Assembly: GCF_000315625.1 (NCBI RefSeq)
Contig: NW_005434652.1
Coordinates: forward strand, 293,132-357,131
Source of the DNA: Guillardia theta CCMP2712
Lineage: Eukaryota > Protista > Cryptophyta
Direction of reading: 5' to 3'
DNA: 64,000 bases
Within the stretch, counting starts at the first letter, position 1. Each line of letters starts with the position of its first letter. Under the pieces are notes generated by a model. The model was not told the DNA's origin and did not search any database. It was given only the letters and a program-made list of their open reading frames with translations. A program made the translations under genes and the position numbers. Positions 10,837 to 22,785 of this stretch are shown here, piece after piece.

Positions 10837-12972
10837 TCATGAGCTCTTAAAAAATAATCTATCACGATGTAACGAGACAGAGACAGACAGTCGTTCTCCT
10901 TTTACAACATGTTTGGGTTCATGCATAAAGTAAACAGCCTGTCTCCAATGCCGTCCTGTCATGGCTGAGGAATTGCAATCAGTGCTTATCTCCGGGCAGC
11001 CTTGAAACATATCAAGGGTGTACCAAACAACAAATGCATGCAGCTTGCCAGTGTTAATTGCACACAAATCTCTGTGCACGCATTGTTTCAACTCAATGGG
11101 CTGCGCATCATCATCCCAATGCATTTCGAAAGCTTGAAACGATTCTGTCAGCGCAACGAAGGAATGATCAAGAAGACGACAACTCCATCTGGCTCGAGAG
11201 AAGATGTTCCAGTCTGTGATGTCGAGGCCAGAAAATTGAGTAGATGGCAGCGAATTCAGATTCAGAATCTCCTCGCTTTCGATTGCACGTGCGTAAACGC
11301 AGATTCCCCTCGGTACAACGATTGCACCGTCGTTGAGCAAATGTTCTCTGGCATGCTGTAAAGAAGGAAGGAAGCTTTCGCTAAAAGGATCGTCTCCAAA
11401 TGTTTCTGATACAAAGATATCAGCCTTGTCCAACATATCATTAGCCTCGTTGTCGCCCACTGATATGAGTGTGCTGAGCTTTGGAATAATTTTGACTGAG
11501 CCCTGCAGTGAGTTTGCAGCCACTACCCCCCTTGCACAATCCGCCATCCCTGGCGCCTTGTCACAGCCGTAAACCCTCTTTGATCCCGCACGAGCTGCCA
11601 TCATGGAAAGAAGGCCGCTGCCGCATCCAACATCGAGAACAGAAACTGATTCCTTCTTTTCACGAACGGCAGAGACTGCCTGCTGAATGGCAATGTGGTA
11701 TGCTTTAGCACGGTGAAGATCATTGATCATAGAGAAGTGGTACAGCGGTATCCCTTCGCAGAGAGTAAACGGGTCGATGTCGTTGTTCTCCTCACAACTC
11801 ACCTCGTCCTCCTTCTCAACGGCATCCGTCGCCATGGGGCTGTTTGGACACGGAAAGTAAAACCCATAGCCCGAAACAAAGATCGAATCCACATCCGTCT
11901 TCAAGGACATACCCAGCATCCCATCCTCATCTATGGTGAAGAAAACCCCAATCCTGCTTCCTGGGACACTCTCGATGTATTCCGTCCCAAGTCCGTAGAG
12001 CCATAACAGCTGCCATGTCCACTGTTCCTGAGCCGGGCCAAGATTGAGAGATGAAGAGCCATAACCATCCACTTCATACCAGTACACTAACCCATGAGCA
12101 ATGCCAGCATGTTCAAGCTCGATCACCTTTGTAAATGTATGTCCAAGATAAGGAGAGTTTCCTCTTGCGACGTCATTGAGGTCGATTGTGAAAGCTTTTT
12201 GAGGGGAGGAAAGAAATCGATGGGGGATGGTCTTAAGATTGATGGATCGGGTGCTCCTCGAGAATGTATTGAAACCTCTCAGGTCAAATCCTTCAACGTC
12301 CTGCCTAACCTCCTCCATCTCTGCTATGCTGAAGCTCTCCACAAATGCAACCCAAACACTTAGAGACTTTGGAAAAACATTAACCGTGCCTGTTAAGAAT
12401 CCATTTTTGCGCATGTGGATCAACGACTGCAAGAACTCTCCGTTTAACAAGTCTTGTCCGAAAGCCCCGGTGATGTCCAAAAGCAGAGTGTCTGGAGGAC
12501 ACAAACGTTGTAGCTCGACCGGACTTCTCTGATTCAAGATACTGCTGTTGATGATTTTGATCCTCCCATTGAATCCATTCTTGTCGATTAGTTTCTGAAT
12601 GACTTTCCCCCGAGCCTTGAGTGCCTCATAAACGAACACTTTCTTCGCCCCGGCCTTTGCTGCCATAAGTGATCCTACACAGGCACAGTTCCCCCCCCCG
12701 ATATCATATAACACATGTGGCGATAAGGCAAGGATGCTTTCCTCCAGAATCCTCCTGTAACTCTCATTTCCTAAGAAAGCGAACGACTCAATGGGCTGAA
12801 ACAGCCTGTTGACAATCACCAGAAGGTTTTCTCTAGCTTCCTGACAGATCTCGTCGTCAAGGTCTTGGGAGAGATCTAGTGCCTCTCCAAGAAGAACAGC
12901 TGCCTCGTCGTTCTTCCCTGCCCTCCCCATCTTCACCGCGACTTTGAGCAACGCTGCTCGCTCCTCTGCCAT
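10837..12972 (-). CDS. Protein arginine methyltransferase, PRMT7/PRMT9-like, two SAM modules, intronless (~711 aa)
   Basis: Module 2: HFSMIND, VLDVGCGSGLLSMMAARAG, double-E loop SETFGDDPFSE, RHWRQ. Module 1: LYDIGGGN..SLMAAKAGAKKV. First ATG at 12972 (track start at 13005 is TTG). Confidence 0.88.
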   Translation of the reverse strand: MAEERAALLKVAVKMGRAGKNDEAAVLLGEALDLSQDLDDEICQEARENLLVIVNRLFQPIESFAFLGNESYRRILEESILALSPHVLYDIGGGNCACVGSLMAAKAGAKKVFVYEALKARGKVIQKLIDKNGFNGRIKIINSSILNQRSPVELQRLCPPDTLLLDITGAFGQDLLNGEFLQSLIHMRKNGFLTGTVNVFPKSLSVWVAFVESFSIAEMEEVRQDVEGFDLRGFNTFSRSTRSINLKTIPHRFLSSPQKAFTIDLNDVARGNSPYLGHTFTKVIELEHAGIAHGLVYWYEVDGYGSSSLNLGPAQEQWTWQLLWLYGLGTEYIESVPGSRIGVFFTIDEDGMLGMSLKTDVDSIFVSGYGFYFPCPNSPMATDAVEKEDEVSCEENNDIDPFTLCEGIPLYHFSMINDLHRAKAYHIAIQQAVSAVREKKESVSVLDVGCGSGLLSMMAARAGSKRVYGCDKAPGMADCARGVVAANSLQGSVKIIPKLSTLISVGDNEANDMLDKADIFVSETFGDDPFSESFLPSLQHAREHLLNDGAIVVPRGICVYARAIESEEILNLNSLPSTQFSGLDITDWNIFSRARWSCRLLDHSFVALTESFQAFEMHWDDDAQPIELKQCVHRDLCAINTGKLHAFVVWYTLDMFQGCPEISTDCNSSAMTGRHWRQAVYFMHEPKHVVKGERLSVSVSLHRDRLFFKSS

Positions 12973-12994
12973 CGCTCGCTCTTCTACGGATCCA

Positions 12995-13039
12995 TCTTTA
13001 CTCAAAGTTAAGTTAAAAATCAGTACGAGGACAATCAGG
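12995..13039 (-). repeat. 45-bp dispersed motif CCTGATTGTCCTCGTACTGATTTTTAACTTAACTTTGAGTAAAGA, copy 1
   Basis: Identical to 32434-32478. Partial copies at 27357-27389 and 31821-31855. Confidence 0.9.
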
Positions 13040-13068
13040 AGAGTCGAGGAGGCTTGACCCTGACCGTG

Positions 13069-16000
13069 ACTGTCGCACAGGCCAAACGGCGAGAAGAGAA
13101 AAGACAGCGAGAACCAAACCTAAACCTGCCGACTGCTGTCCCCCAAACTTAACTGATACCTTCACTTAACGGCGCGCAGGACAAGTCCCCCGCGCGGCCA
13201 TGCCAGCGATGTCGCGGTGGCCGCCGCCGAAGGAATGAGACGCATACCGGGATGCACCCGCGATGATGGCAGCGTAGGACAGGGAGGCCTTGAGCTGACG
13301 GAAGATCCTGGACCGAATGCGTTTGCAAGTCGGATCACCTGAGACGTCTTGCGAGGCCGAGAGACCATCCAGCGCTGCCGTTTCCTTGTTCGCCGAGCGA
13401 TCCGCCGCCAGCCACCACAGAAAGCGCAACGCATCGTCCTGCAAGAGGCCATCAGTGCTGGCGATGATGGGAAGAAAGGCCTTTGGCGGGACGTGCTGAG
13501 CATATGCATTACGATGCCCTCGGATCTTCCGCTGTGCTGCCGCTTGCAGTTTGCTCCGAGCGAGGTCCGGTATTCCATCATTGTCAAAAACATGTGACAT
13601 GCTGAAGTCCAGGATTAACCCATGCCATCCGCCGCCAGTAGCCATCAGTTGTGGAAGTTCAAAGTCCCCTACATGATGATCTTCAGGGCCATGTTGGGAA
13701 ACGTTCTGCCTGGTGCCGGGTACGCCTTGCACGTGGACGCGGCATCTCACTCCGGAATCTTTGATGAGGGTACTGAGGACGGCATTGCACTTCTCATGCG
13801 CATCAGTCCATAACTGGCTGCGGTGCCTGCAGGTTGCCATGTGTGTGGTCCCCCCAGGATGACGAAGAAGATGATGGCATCGATCGCAGTGCGGCGGGAG
13901 GTCAACCGGCAATCCATGAAGAAACTTGTCAGCGGCAGCCACCAAGCTGATGGGCTGCTGCTCAAAGATCCCAAGGTTTGTACTTTCCATAGTCGAGTGC
14001 CAAATCGTGCGCTGAGGGGTAAACTGAGACAGAAGTTCATCAACCGGGTGGCCTGGTACTCGAAGGGGAGTAGAGAAGCTGGAGTGGTGTGCCAACAAAG
14101 ATCTCTGGCGCTCTGAAAGGTGAGCCCGAATACTGCGGAACCGGGGAAACTCCGAGAGGAACTGAGCCGTGAGCTCCCGCTGGGCGGGGATGAAAAGCGC
14201 ACTGCCCGACGTCCCAAATAATTCAGGCGAGGGGATCCAGCCATTGTCGCACGCCTGAGGAAGCTCCGCCAAGGAGGTGTACGCCGAGATGCCCTGCTCC
14301 ATCAAGTGCCTGTGAGTGTCCAAGAAGGCAGCAAGCATGGGGACAACATCCCCAGCGTCCGCTTGCTGCGGTTGGCGGATTCGAAGCAATTTCACCCGCC
14401 CATTTGAGAAACTTGGCAGTCGCCGACCAGAATGCGGTGTAGGCCACGCCCTCCTGCGGGGTGAACCCATCTCCTCCAGCACTATAAGGCAACTGACGTT
14501 TGAAGTAGGCGAACTGAAGGTCAGATGGAGGGGTGCCAGGGGCAGGTTGCAGGACAGATGAACCCTCCTGTGCCTGGTTCTGTGGCCACTGAAACACCTT
14601 CGCCAGGAGACGGAGATTCGCGACGTCAAAGCACTTGCACTGGGCAGCGGTCAAGGCCGGGGAGATTCCACGCAAGAAATATTGGAGGGTGGGAACGTGG
14701 GTCGTTTTCAAGAGCTGCTTGAGACCCAACGCAATGGGAAATTGTTCCAACTGGGTCAATTCAGCATTGAGGGCATTCACCTTGGCAGTGATAAACTCTT
14801 GCTGGAAGGACTGAGATCCTATCGGGATACCTCCCAGGATGATCCCCTGGCCGCGGAAGGCAAACTGCTGCAAGCCCGGGTACCTACTGCAAATATGCTC
14901 TTGGATGGCTTGTTGCTGACTAGATTGAAGTTCACACCAGGACGAGGAGAATATCTGCGAATCCCTGGGTTGAATCTCCAATCCTAGCTCTTGTTTTAAA
15001 GTATCAACCAGCGATGCAGTAGCCTGTGCGGCAACTGAGAGCTTTCCAATAACAGCCATGTTATCCGCATAGGCCGGGAAGACACAGTCGGGAAAGGTCT
15101 CTGCGACTTTGACCAGGGAAGGGAAGGTGGTGTGCGCAACTTGAAGAGAGCCATCGCCAAGGGGTCCCCCTGAGAAACTCCCGTGGTGGCCGAAAAAGCC
15201 CGAGTCTCTCGCTGATGTTTCAGAAACTGTAACTTACCTGCCTGGCCATAATATTGATGAACATACGGAAGGACTCCTTGGGAAAAGTTCTCACAACGAT
15301 GCTCGGGAGCAAGGAGGATGTCAAATAGCCGTTGGCGAGAGATCTCATTGAAGGCATTTCTTGCGTCGATCATGATGATTACCGTGGGATCAAAATTATC
15401 AGACTCACCTTCGCCCTGGTCTGTGAATGGGTTGGCAAAAGAATGGGGTCCTAACAGGCATTCGATGGTCTTGCAGAATTTGAGACAACCTTCCTCCAGA
15501 CCCACGCAAAATTGCAGGACCCGAGAGTGACTGAGGGTGAAGTGGCTCTCCAAAGATTTTCGGTAGAAACGACAGAAGATGCTAGACACAATCCTTCGCT
15601 CCAGGTCCCCTATCACAATAGGTCGGATTCCGCTCTTTTCCACTGCCTTGGCAGCAGGAATGAATCGCCCCCCTCTGGTGTATTCCTCGAGGAAAGCGCC
15701 CGAAGGGATTCCCAGCGCGATCGGCTTCAATATGAGGCGGTAGTTAATGTATCGCTGTTTGTGATCATCATGCAGTCTGAGAATGTGTCGCAGGTGCTGG
15801 AACGGTCGCCAACCAAATTGATCAGGGGCCGAGGAAGCAGTGAATCGCCGCAGGAATTTCCCTACCTCTCGCTGATCTAAAATCTTGTCAAGCAATGAGG
15901 CCGGTTCATCGGCGATGGCATCGTCGAGCTGAGCACTTAGCATTTGCCTTGAGGACTCCCGGAGCCGACTGCGTCTAGGAGCGTTGGAGGAATGGGTTCC

Positions 16001-17400
16001 AGTCTCGTCGGAAATTTCTCACGAGTTTGCTGCCATAGCTGCTCAAATGGATCTGGGGAGAGGCCATGGCCCACAAGCGCCTGTCGAGCTTTCTTCATAT
16101 CCCGATTTTGGTAATGCTCAACAGCCGAGAGGATTTTCTTTTTCTCCAACTGCTCGCTCTCCATCACTGGCTGCTGCACGCCCGCTCTCGCACGGTCAGG
16201 TCCTTGTGGGCGACCTGCATTTTGACGGTTAGGTTGTTGGCGCCTACCTTGCGGTGCCCGCCGGTCTCGTGCCTCGTCCCGACCCAGTTAGTCCCGCCGT
16301 GGGCTGCTGCGTGACATCCTGCGGATCTCCACCGCTGCCAACCGCTGGGCCGTCTTGGTCAAAGGAAACACCCTCTTCTAGTTTCAGCAATGTCTCCCAA
16401 CGCCCTTGGAGGAAATGGTGGATACGGTAGCTCACATCTCGGTTTTGTCGCGAGATTGCAAGAACTGGATTCACTCTCAGCAGGAGCAGTGGGAGACAAT
16501 GCCACAAGCTCCCGGGATAATCTTAGCTTCCTCGCAATGCAAGTCAGGGTAACCTTGTAGCAGGTCTAACGTAAACTGTAGCGCACTCTTCCATTTATCA
16601 ATCGTCTGGCGATTGGGGTGTTTGATGGTTGTAATGGAAGGATTACGAGCCAGGAGTGCCGGAAGCTTATGTGGTCCCTCAGTGTTGAGCAAAGAGAGGG
16701 AGGGCTCTGTGCCAATTCGACGTACCACAAGGCATGTCTTGCGGACGCAGATTATGAAAGTAAGCCGCTGCGCTAGATTGCGCGCCAGGGTCTTCTGGGA
16801 AAAGATTTGCCGGTTGAGGAGGGGGCGGTGGGGGTGTAGGATTGACCGTAGGCTGATCGGTGGGTGTCCTCTGGGAGATGGATCGGCGAAATCTTGCCTG
16901 CTTCCGAGGTCTTTGCCAGTTCCCCGAACCTCCTCCAGATCCAGCGGCGGAGGAGGCAAAGTCATCCTGCGGAGGAGACGCTGCAGAACGAGATTGCCCT
17001 TCCAGCATGTCAGGAGTCCGTAGGGGTTCCTGCTGTGAGCGGGGCTCAGAGTCAGAGGAGCTCTCTTGGGACACAAGGCCTGTATGAGGAAAGTGGGACG
17101 ACGAGCCCGGCGTGCCAGTCAGTAGAGGATCAACAACAGAACTGTGATGACGGAGGATGGCAGGCCGCTTGTGCCGCGCCATGATGTCTCACAGTGATGA
17201 TGGAAGTGAGAGCGGATCTTCACGCTTCCCTGGATAGTCTCGATTTCAGTAATCGTGGCAGTGTCCTCGGAAGCTCGGAGGACCCGGGCCCACCAGATCC
17301 GCCCGGACCTTCGGCCCCGGGCTGCCGGCACCTGAGTGACTTTTCTGGGGTTGTAAAGAAATCGAAATGGAGACCTTTCTGAGGTGAACTGCTGGTACTC
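13069..17400 (-). mobile_element. Near full-length (~4.3 kb) CRE-like non-LTR retrotransposon (RT + CCHC knuckle + restriction-like endonuclease), ORF broken by several frameshifts
   Basis: RT motifs SSAPDQFGWR, KSGIRPIVIGD, QFCVG, IDARNAFNEISR, GVSQGDPLAMALF, YADN, ILGGIPIG. Knuckle CDRC-x11-HMATC. AHE in the RHD position, GDF...LILDF, RKIRGH. Upstream RIHHFLQGRW and KKARQAL resemble CRE N-terminal segments. 5' boundary approximate. Confidence 0.9.
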
Positions 17401-18604
17401 ACTTGTAGGTACTTGGTAGTAATAATAATAAATATCTTATTATTTTGTAGGTCAATGTGAATTCAACTCGTACAAAATTAAAACTGTTTTCCTCCAAAGC
17501 AATTAGAAGCACTACCCCATCCACCCCTGCAAAGAACCACCAAATGACCCGTGGCCATGGCATTTCTCACACCAAAAAAAATTCATACCAAGCCTTCTGC
17601 AGACTTCACAATCTTCACCTGACCACCACTACCCTACCCCTGGGATCCGATACCTCCTGCTATTAGGCCACGGGGTAATCTTTTCACCTACCACCCCTTG
17701 GTCTTCCATCGTATCAGGTTTACTCACCCCCTATCTGTCGCTGACCTCAACCCTACCCCTCAGCCTACTTCTCCAACAGGTGAGTTTCGAAAGCTCTAAC
17801 CTATCACCACCCCTTCCTTTTACCACAAAGTACCCTACCTTAGTTCCGCTCCCTGCCCCCAACCTTCCCCCCCCCCCCCCCTTCTCTCCGTTCCCCTTGC
17901 CCTGCCACCCACGCTTCACACGTCGTGCACGCGAGCACGCAGCAAACAAGCCAACAAATCTCAGCAACCAAACTGAGATCTCCTGTGTCCCAGCTTAGCA
18001 GTGCCTCCGACTGTTTGGGAAACACATTCCCTAGATTACAACAAGCTCTATCGTGATTTGCAGGTCTATATCCCACGGGGTTCACGTCCAACCGATTGAC
18101 TCGATACTCCTATCAAGCTAAAGGAGCCGCATACTTCAAAGAGTCTATTCCTCTCTCTTCTCTGTTTCCCCTTCTCCCAAGGGAAGTGAGTGAGGCCAGC
18201 CTTACGAACAAGAAAATTCTTTCTCAAAGCGAGTTTCTCCGTCAATTACACGGTAATCTACAGGACTCGCAGTAAGCGTGAAAGTTGCTATCCGGCTGTA
18301 ATCACAGCCCTACTGATATCGAGATTGGTCCCAAGGAAAATCGTTGCTTTCTTTCAAGGTCTACAAGCCAAGCTCTGATATGGGGAAAACAGTACTGTTT
18401 CGATCTCCGTCAGCTTCAAGCAATAGACCAAGCATTGGAATTCTGACGATCCCAAAAGAAAGATTCAAGAGAGCAAAGATCAGACATTCAAAAGCAGTTT
18501 CGACGTCTTTGAGCCAAAAAGGAGAGCAGTCATCATCACGAACTCAACAACAACACCTCACAAGGCACTGCACTCACCTTGATGCCACCAAACCCAGCAG
18601 CAAG

Positions 18605-19060
18605 ATGGTACCCGATGATGACTCGATTGTACTTTCGCCTGGAACATCCGCATACTCCGATACCGATGCTTCAATTGAGCAGATGTCCCCTAATTTCGAA
18701 GTTGACGACTCCAGCCTCGACTTTTCCGATGTTGACCTTGCAGTGGGCATGCTGGTACGGTACAATGGCCTGAGTTTTTGAAGCTGATTTGTCTATTTCA
18801 GGATCACCGCTTCCTCTACGAATTTTCTTCACACTATGAGAACAGCAAGATTCCGATCTCAGTGTTCGAAGAGAGCAAAAACTCAAATACAGAGATCGCC
18901 AACTTCGAGTTTGAGTCTCCTTGTCAGGTACGTCACACTCTTGGTGACCATCTGATGCAATGACCCTGCATTCCAGGCAGATGAGTTGTCGTGGCAGAAT
19001 TGCTTTGAGTGTGCTTCAATGTGGAATCATGAGATTGGGAGAACTTTGACAAATCTCTAG
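18605..19060 (+). CDS. Small acidic hypothetical protein (3 exons; introns 18755-18801, 18928-18976)
   Basis: Two phase-0 GTAC...CAG introns of 47 and 49 nt join an open frame MVPDDDSIVL...DHRFLYEF...ADELSWQNCFEC...NL*. Confidence 0.6.
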
Positions 19061-20095
19061 TCTGTGGGACTTAATCTTTTGCAAGCCCAGGAATAGAAAT
19101 CATTTCGATCCTGGTGTGTATGCTGACTCGGAATTCAGCAGCTGCCGATGCGCATGTGATATCTAGTTGTACATAGAGCATCCATTATAATAGCCTTGAG
19201 TTGGTTTATGGAATAAAAACAAGAATAAGGATCAGCTATTGTGCTCCTTCGGCCATCTGCCTATCCAGAATTTTTCATCCTGGAGTCCTGTGTTGCGTAC
19301 ACCACAACCCCCATCAGAGGTAAGCTATGGTCTACCCGAGAGCACTATGGCACTATCACGGCACTGAATCATATCAGAGCAAGAAATCTCCTATCATGTT
19401 CTAGGGACGTACCCCTTGTGGCCGCAAACCTGACAGAAGTGGTCCTTGTGTGCCCATGGGGGTTTATTGAAGCCGCGGGAATGGTAGATACCATTCGATA
19501 GCACTGTTGTGATGTCTTGTGCGGTTCCAAAACATGTGGAGTCTTTCGGATGGTTCAGAGCTCTCGATAACTTACCTCCTCCTCGCTCGGCCCCTTCCCC
19601 ATCATTGCCGTGTTTCAGGCGCCCATCGTAACCTACCTACCCCTACAGTAGACAGCCTACCCCCTGTCGAAGGTTGATTCTGCAGTCATATAGGTGGGTG
19701 ATCAAAAGCAAACTCCTGCTGATGCCCTATCCAGACAGAAGCAGTACCCTACCCCCAAGAAATTGGTTTCTTACTACCCCATACTTTGAGAGAACGTTCA
19801 GCTGGATAGAGGGGGTACATGACTGATTCTTTCGTGGATGTTGGGGATCCAGGAGGGGTCAGAACGGAACATGACAGCTAACCATGGGTGGGTACTCATT
19901 GTAGGGGAAATAGGGGGTATCTGCTAGGTCAGCAAGAACATGATGAAAACCAGTTTAGCTCCAGGATATTTGGGCTGCAGCAGTGAGCTAACTTGTTTAA
20001 AATCGGATCGTCTTGGGACCCATGGCGGGCGATGGCGAGGAATGCGGCGAGATGGGGAATGAGGAGAAGAGGGGAGGAAGAAGACGCTCAGATGG

Positions 20096-22269
20096 ATGAA
20101 CTGCTTCTCCTCTCCTGGATTGATGAGATCCAGCAGCCTTATCTTGCTCTCGAGCCTGCTCTCGCTGGTAGACGTCGGCGGCCAACGACCTCTGAAGAAG
20201 CAGTTCATTTACCTGGTCCAGGTTCAGACGTATCAGGAGGCTCTCCCATGGGTGTGAGTGAAGATTTTTGTCTTCGCTTTCATGGCATGTCTACGTTTCG
20301 TGACTCAGGGGTGACAACAGGGCTCTGTTGGATCGAGAATCCTCTCATGTCAAGGTGCTTGTCTGGGGGGAGCCGAACCCCCCCCGGCGAGATGCTGTGA
20401 GTGCGATAATTTTCCGGCCACAAACTACGTGGAACACAGGGAGAAATGAGCTGCTGCAGGTTGTTTGTCCTTGTTCATAATGGGTGTTTCACCAAGCACG
20501 CTTCGCAGGCAGCCCTGCTTAGTGAACAGGCGAACAATTTGCTCTACAAATACTTCATCTTCATGGATGGCGATGTTGTCCTAAAAGAATCTTTAGACTG
20601 GGGTATGAATGCTGGCGATCCTTATACAACCTTCGAGCGGTAGATTGATGCTCTCAGCATCGTTAGCCTGAAGCTGCTCAGGTATCTCTTGCTCTGGGAG
20701 CCTGCGGTTGGGTTTCCAGGGTTTTTCAAGGATCCACCGGAGGTGAGCAAGATTGGACCAAGAGGCTGTGCAGATTGTGTGATTGTGTGATGGCATGTAA
20801 AGATAGCACGGAAAGAAGTTGCGACAACCTACAACTTCGATGCTATCGTCAATGCTATCCATCGGCAAGACCATCGCTGTGCAGCGACATCAATGACGAG
20901 GGTCTTGGCCTTGGTTGTATGCAGGGATGCGATTTGGCTGTTGCTACCGTATGATACGCATTGGGAGCATCGATCATGGTGGTACTCCCAGGTAACTGGA
21001 CTGCAGTCGTGTTGGTGAAGCAGCTTGCTCTAATCTGTGAATGTGAAAGTATATCGTGGTATTCTTGTCTGCGGTCTTCTTCAACCAACACAGGTAGAAC
21101 ACGGCATATCAATGTGGTTGCCTGATGTTATAGATTGCAATTCAATGCAATCCGAGCTTACAACAAGGAGACGGGGTCTTACACCCAGAGGGACGACGAG
21201 TGGGAGAGGGTATTGGTGTGGATGCTTTCGTCACTGAGATGCGATGTCGACCTGCTTGCTATTCCTCTTGAAGCAAACAACCACATTCCAAGCTTGCCAC
21301 AACATGTGCATTACTTTCATCCTAATGCCACTGTGAGCTCTTCTCGATGATCTGCCCGGTCATGGTCTTTCGATTGTTTTTGTTTGACTTATGGCAAAGG
21401 TTGACTTTGGCATTCCGGTTGCGCTGAAGAAAGGCAATTTGTCGTACACAAGGAGGTTTCCCATCAGTCTTGTTTAGTTTCAGTGTGATGAAGTTCTGTG
21501 TCAGAAACAACCGCTACGACCCCTGCCATCCGTACTTCCAAAAGAAGTGAAGGAGATGAATGGAATGCTTGCATGGATCTGACTTCAGGCAGGCGAACCT
21601 TGCTGCAGTCGCTGAAGATCGTGAACGCCACCAATGATTGTCGGAGCCTGCAAAGAATTGACTTGTGCTGGTCCAACACGACAGTTGTATGGGAGATCTC
21701 TTCTGCGCTACAACACTACACCCGCATTCAAGGTAGTATACATGAAAGAATGCAGTTTGTTGAAGTGATGGAACTACAGCTGGGGTCAAAGAAGCAATAG
21801 GCTCAAATCTCAGAAACAACATGTCCTCCTTCTCTAGCCTACGAGATTGCCCGTACGAAGAATTTAAGAATCGCAGGCTGTTCAACCACGGCTACGAGTT
21901 GATGATGAAACTTCATGTCGACCTTCTCTTCACTCGCCCGTAAGTCTGCCTTACCCCTGCTCGCTCTCCAGAGCCAAAGTATTTGCTCATACCTTTCTTG
22001 TCTGTAATGCCCTGAACTTTCCTCTGAATTCTTTCTTTCGTCTGATTTCTATCTTCTGACTCCTTTTGCCCTCACGGCTGTCAGGTCAACAGCCAGTATT
22101 TACCTGTCCTTTGGCACGAGTCTTGCAGCGTAAGAGCTTCCTTCTCGTCTGGCTTATTTGAATCATGTAACTCGTCAGATGGCCACAGGTACGGACTGAG
22201 CGACCTGGCAAGGCGATGTTTCTTAGCCTGCGTTCGTCTGCAGCCCTCAAACGCATGTTGCCGGCATAA
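20096..22269 (+). CDS. Secreted/Golgi putative GT-A-fold glycosyltransferase-like protein (multi-exon, 3' end approximate)
   Basis: Signal-like N-terminus MRSSSLILLSSLLSLV, then FIYLVQ, TTWNTGRNELL, KYFIFMDGD (DxD), FERYLLLWEPAVGFP, NFDAIVNAIH, LPYD...SWWYSQ across exons. Confidence 0.6.
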
Positions 22270-22329
22270 TTATCGACTTCTCACACTCTCATCTATAGAG
22301 TGAAACTCATGAAAGACTCGCCAGTGATG

Positions 22330-22650
22330 GTCCGGATCTGCGAATGCCGGAAGCCGAGGCCACCGGCCGGGCACTGAGATCATGACTCGGCGCGGCCCGG
22401 CCGCGCCCGCGCCGCGAGTGCCCCGGCCCCCGCGGCGACCCGGCGGGGAGCCTCCGTACGGTATCTGGCCGTGGACCCGGTGTGACTCCTGAACCTTGGA
22501 GCCTACTGAACGGTCGGAGCCTCAGAGCCTCGCGCCACTGCGGGCCGCACTCATGATCATCGGATTCAACTCTCAGTAGCCTGACTCTGAGCCTGTGAAC
22601 TTAGCCTCAGTGTTCCGACTTTGCCAGTACTATACCGGGCCCGCGCAGTC
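22330..22650. other. CpG-rich non-coding island
   Basis: Very GC/CpG-rich mosaic of CCGG, GGCC, TCAG, GACT words with no credible ORF. Same vocabulary at 27390-27500, 31900-32520, 43500-44790, 52000-52350. Confidence 0.6.
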
Positions 22651-22785
22651 AGGGAAGGCAGAAGGAACATTGAAGGAACCAAAGCCCTGTACGTTTGCTG
22701 CCCCAAGCAGGGGAAGAGATGGCAGGTGCGAGACAATGCAGGGAGGGCCCGGGGGCAGCAGGGGGCTGAGGGCGTGAACAGGTTG

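Noticed and set aside
13069-17400. Programmed frameshifting to explain the broken retroelement ORF
   Set aside because: There are many scattered breaks and no single slippery site. Decay or assembly indels are simpler, and similar indels appear in PLK4.
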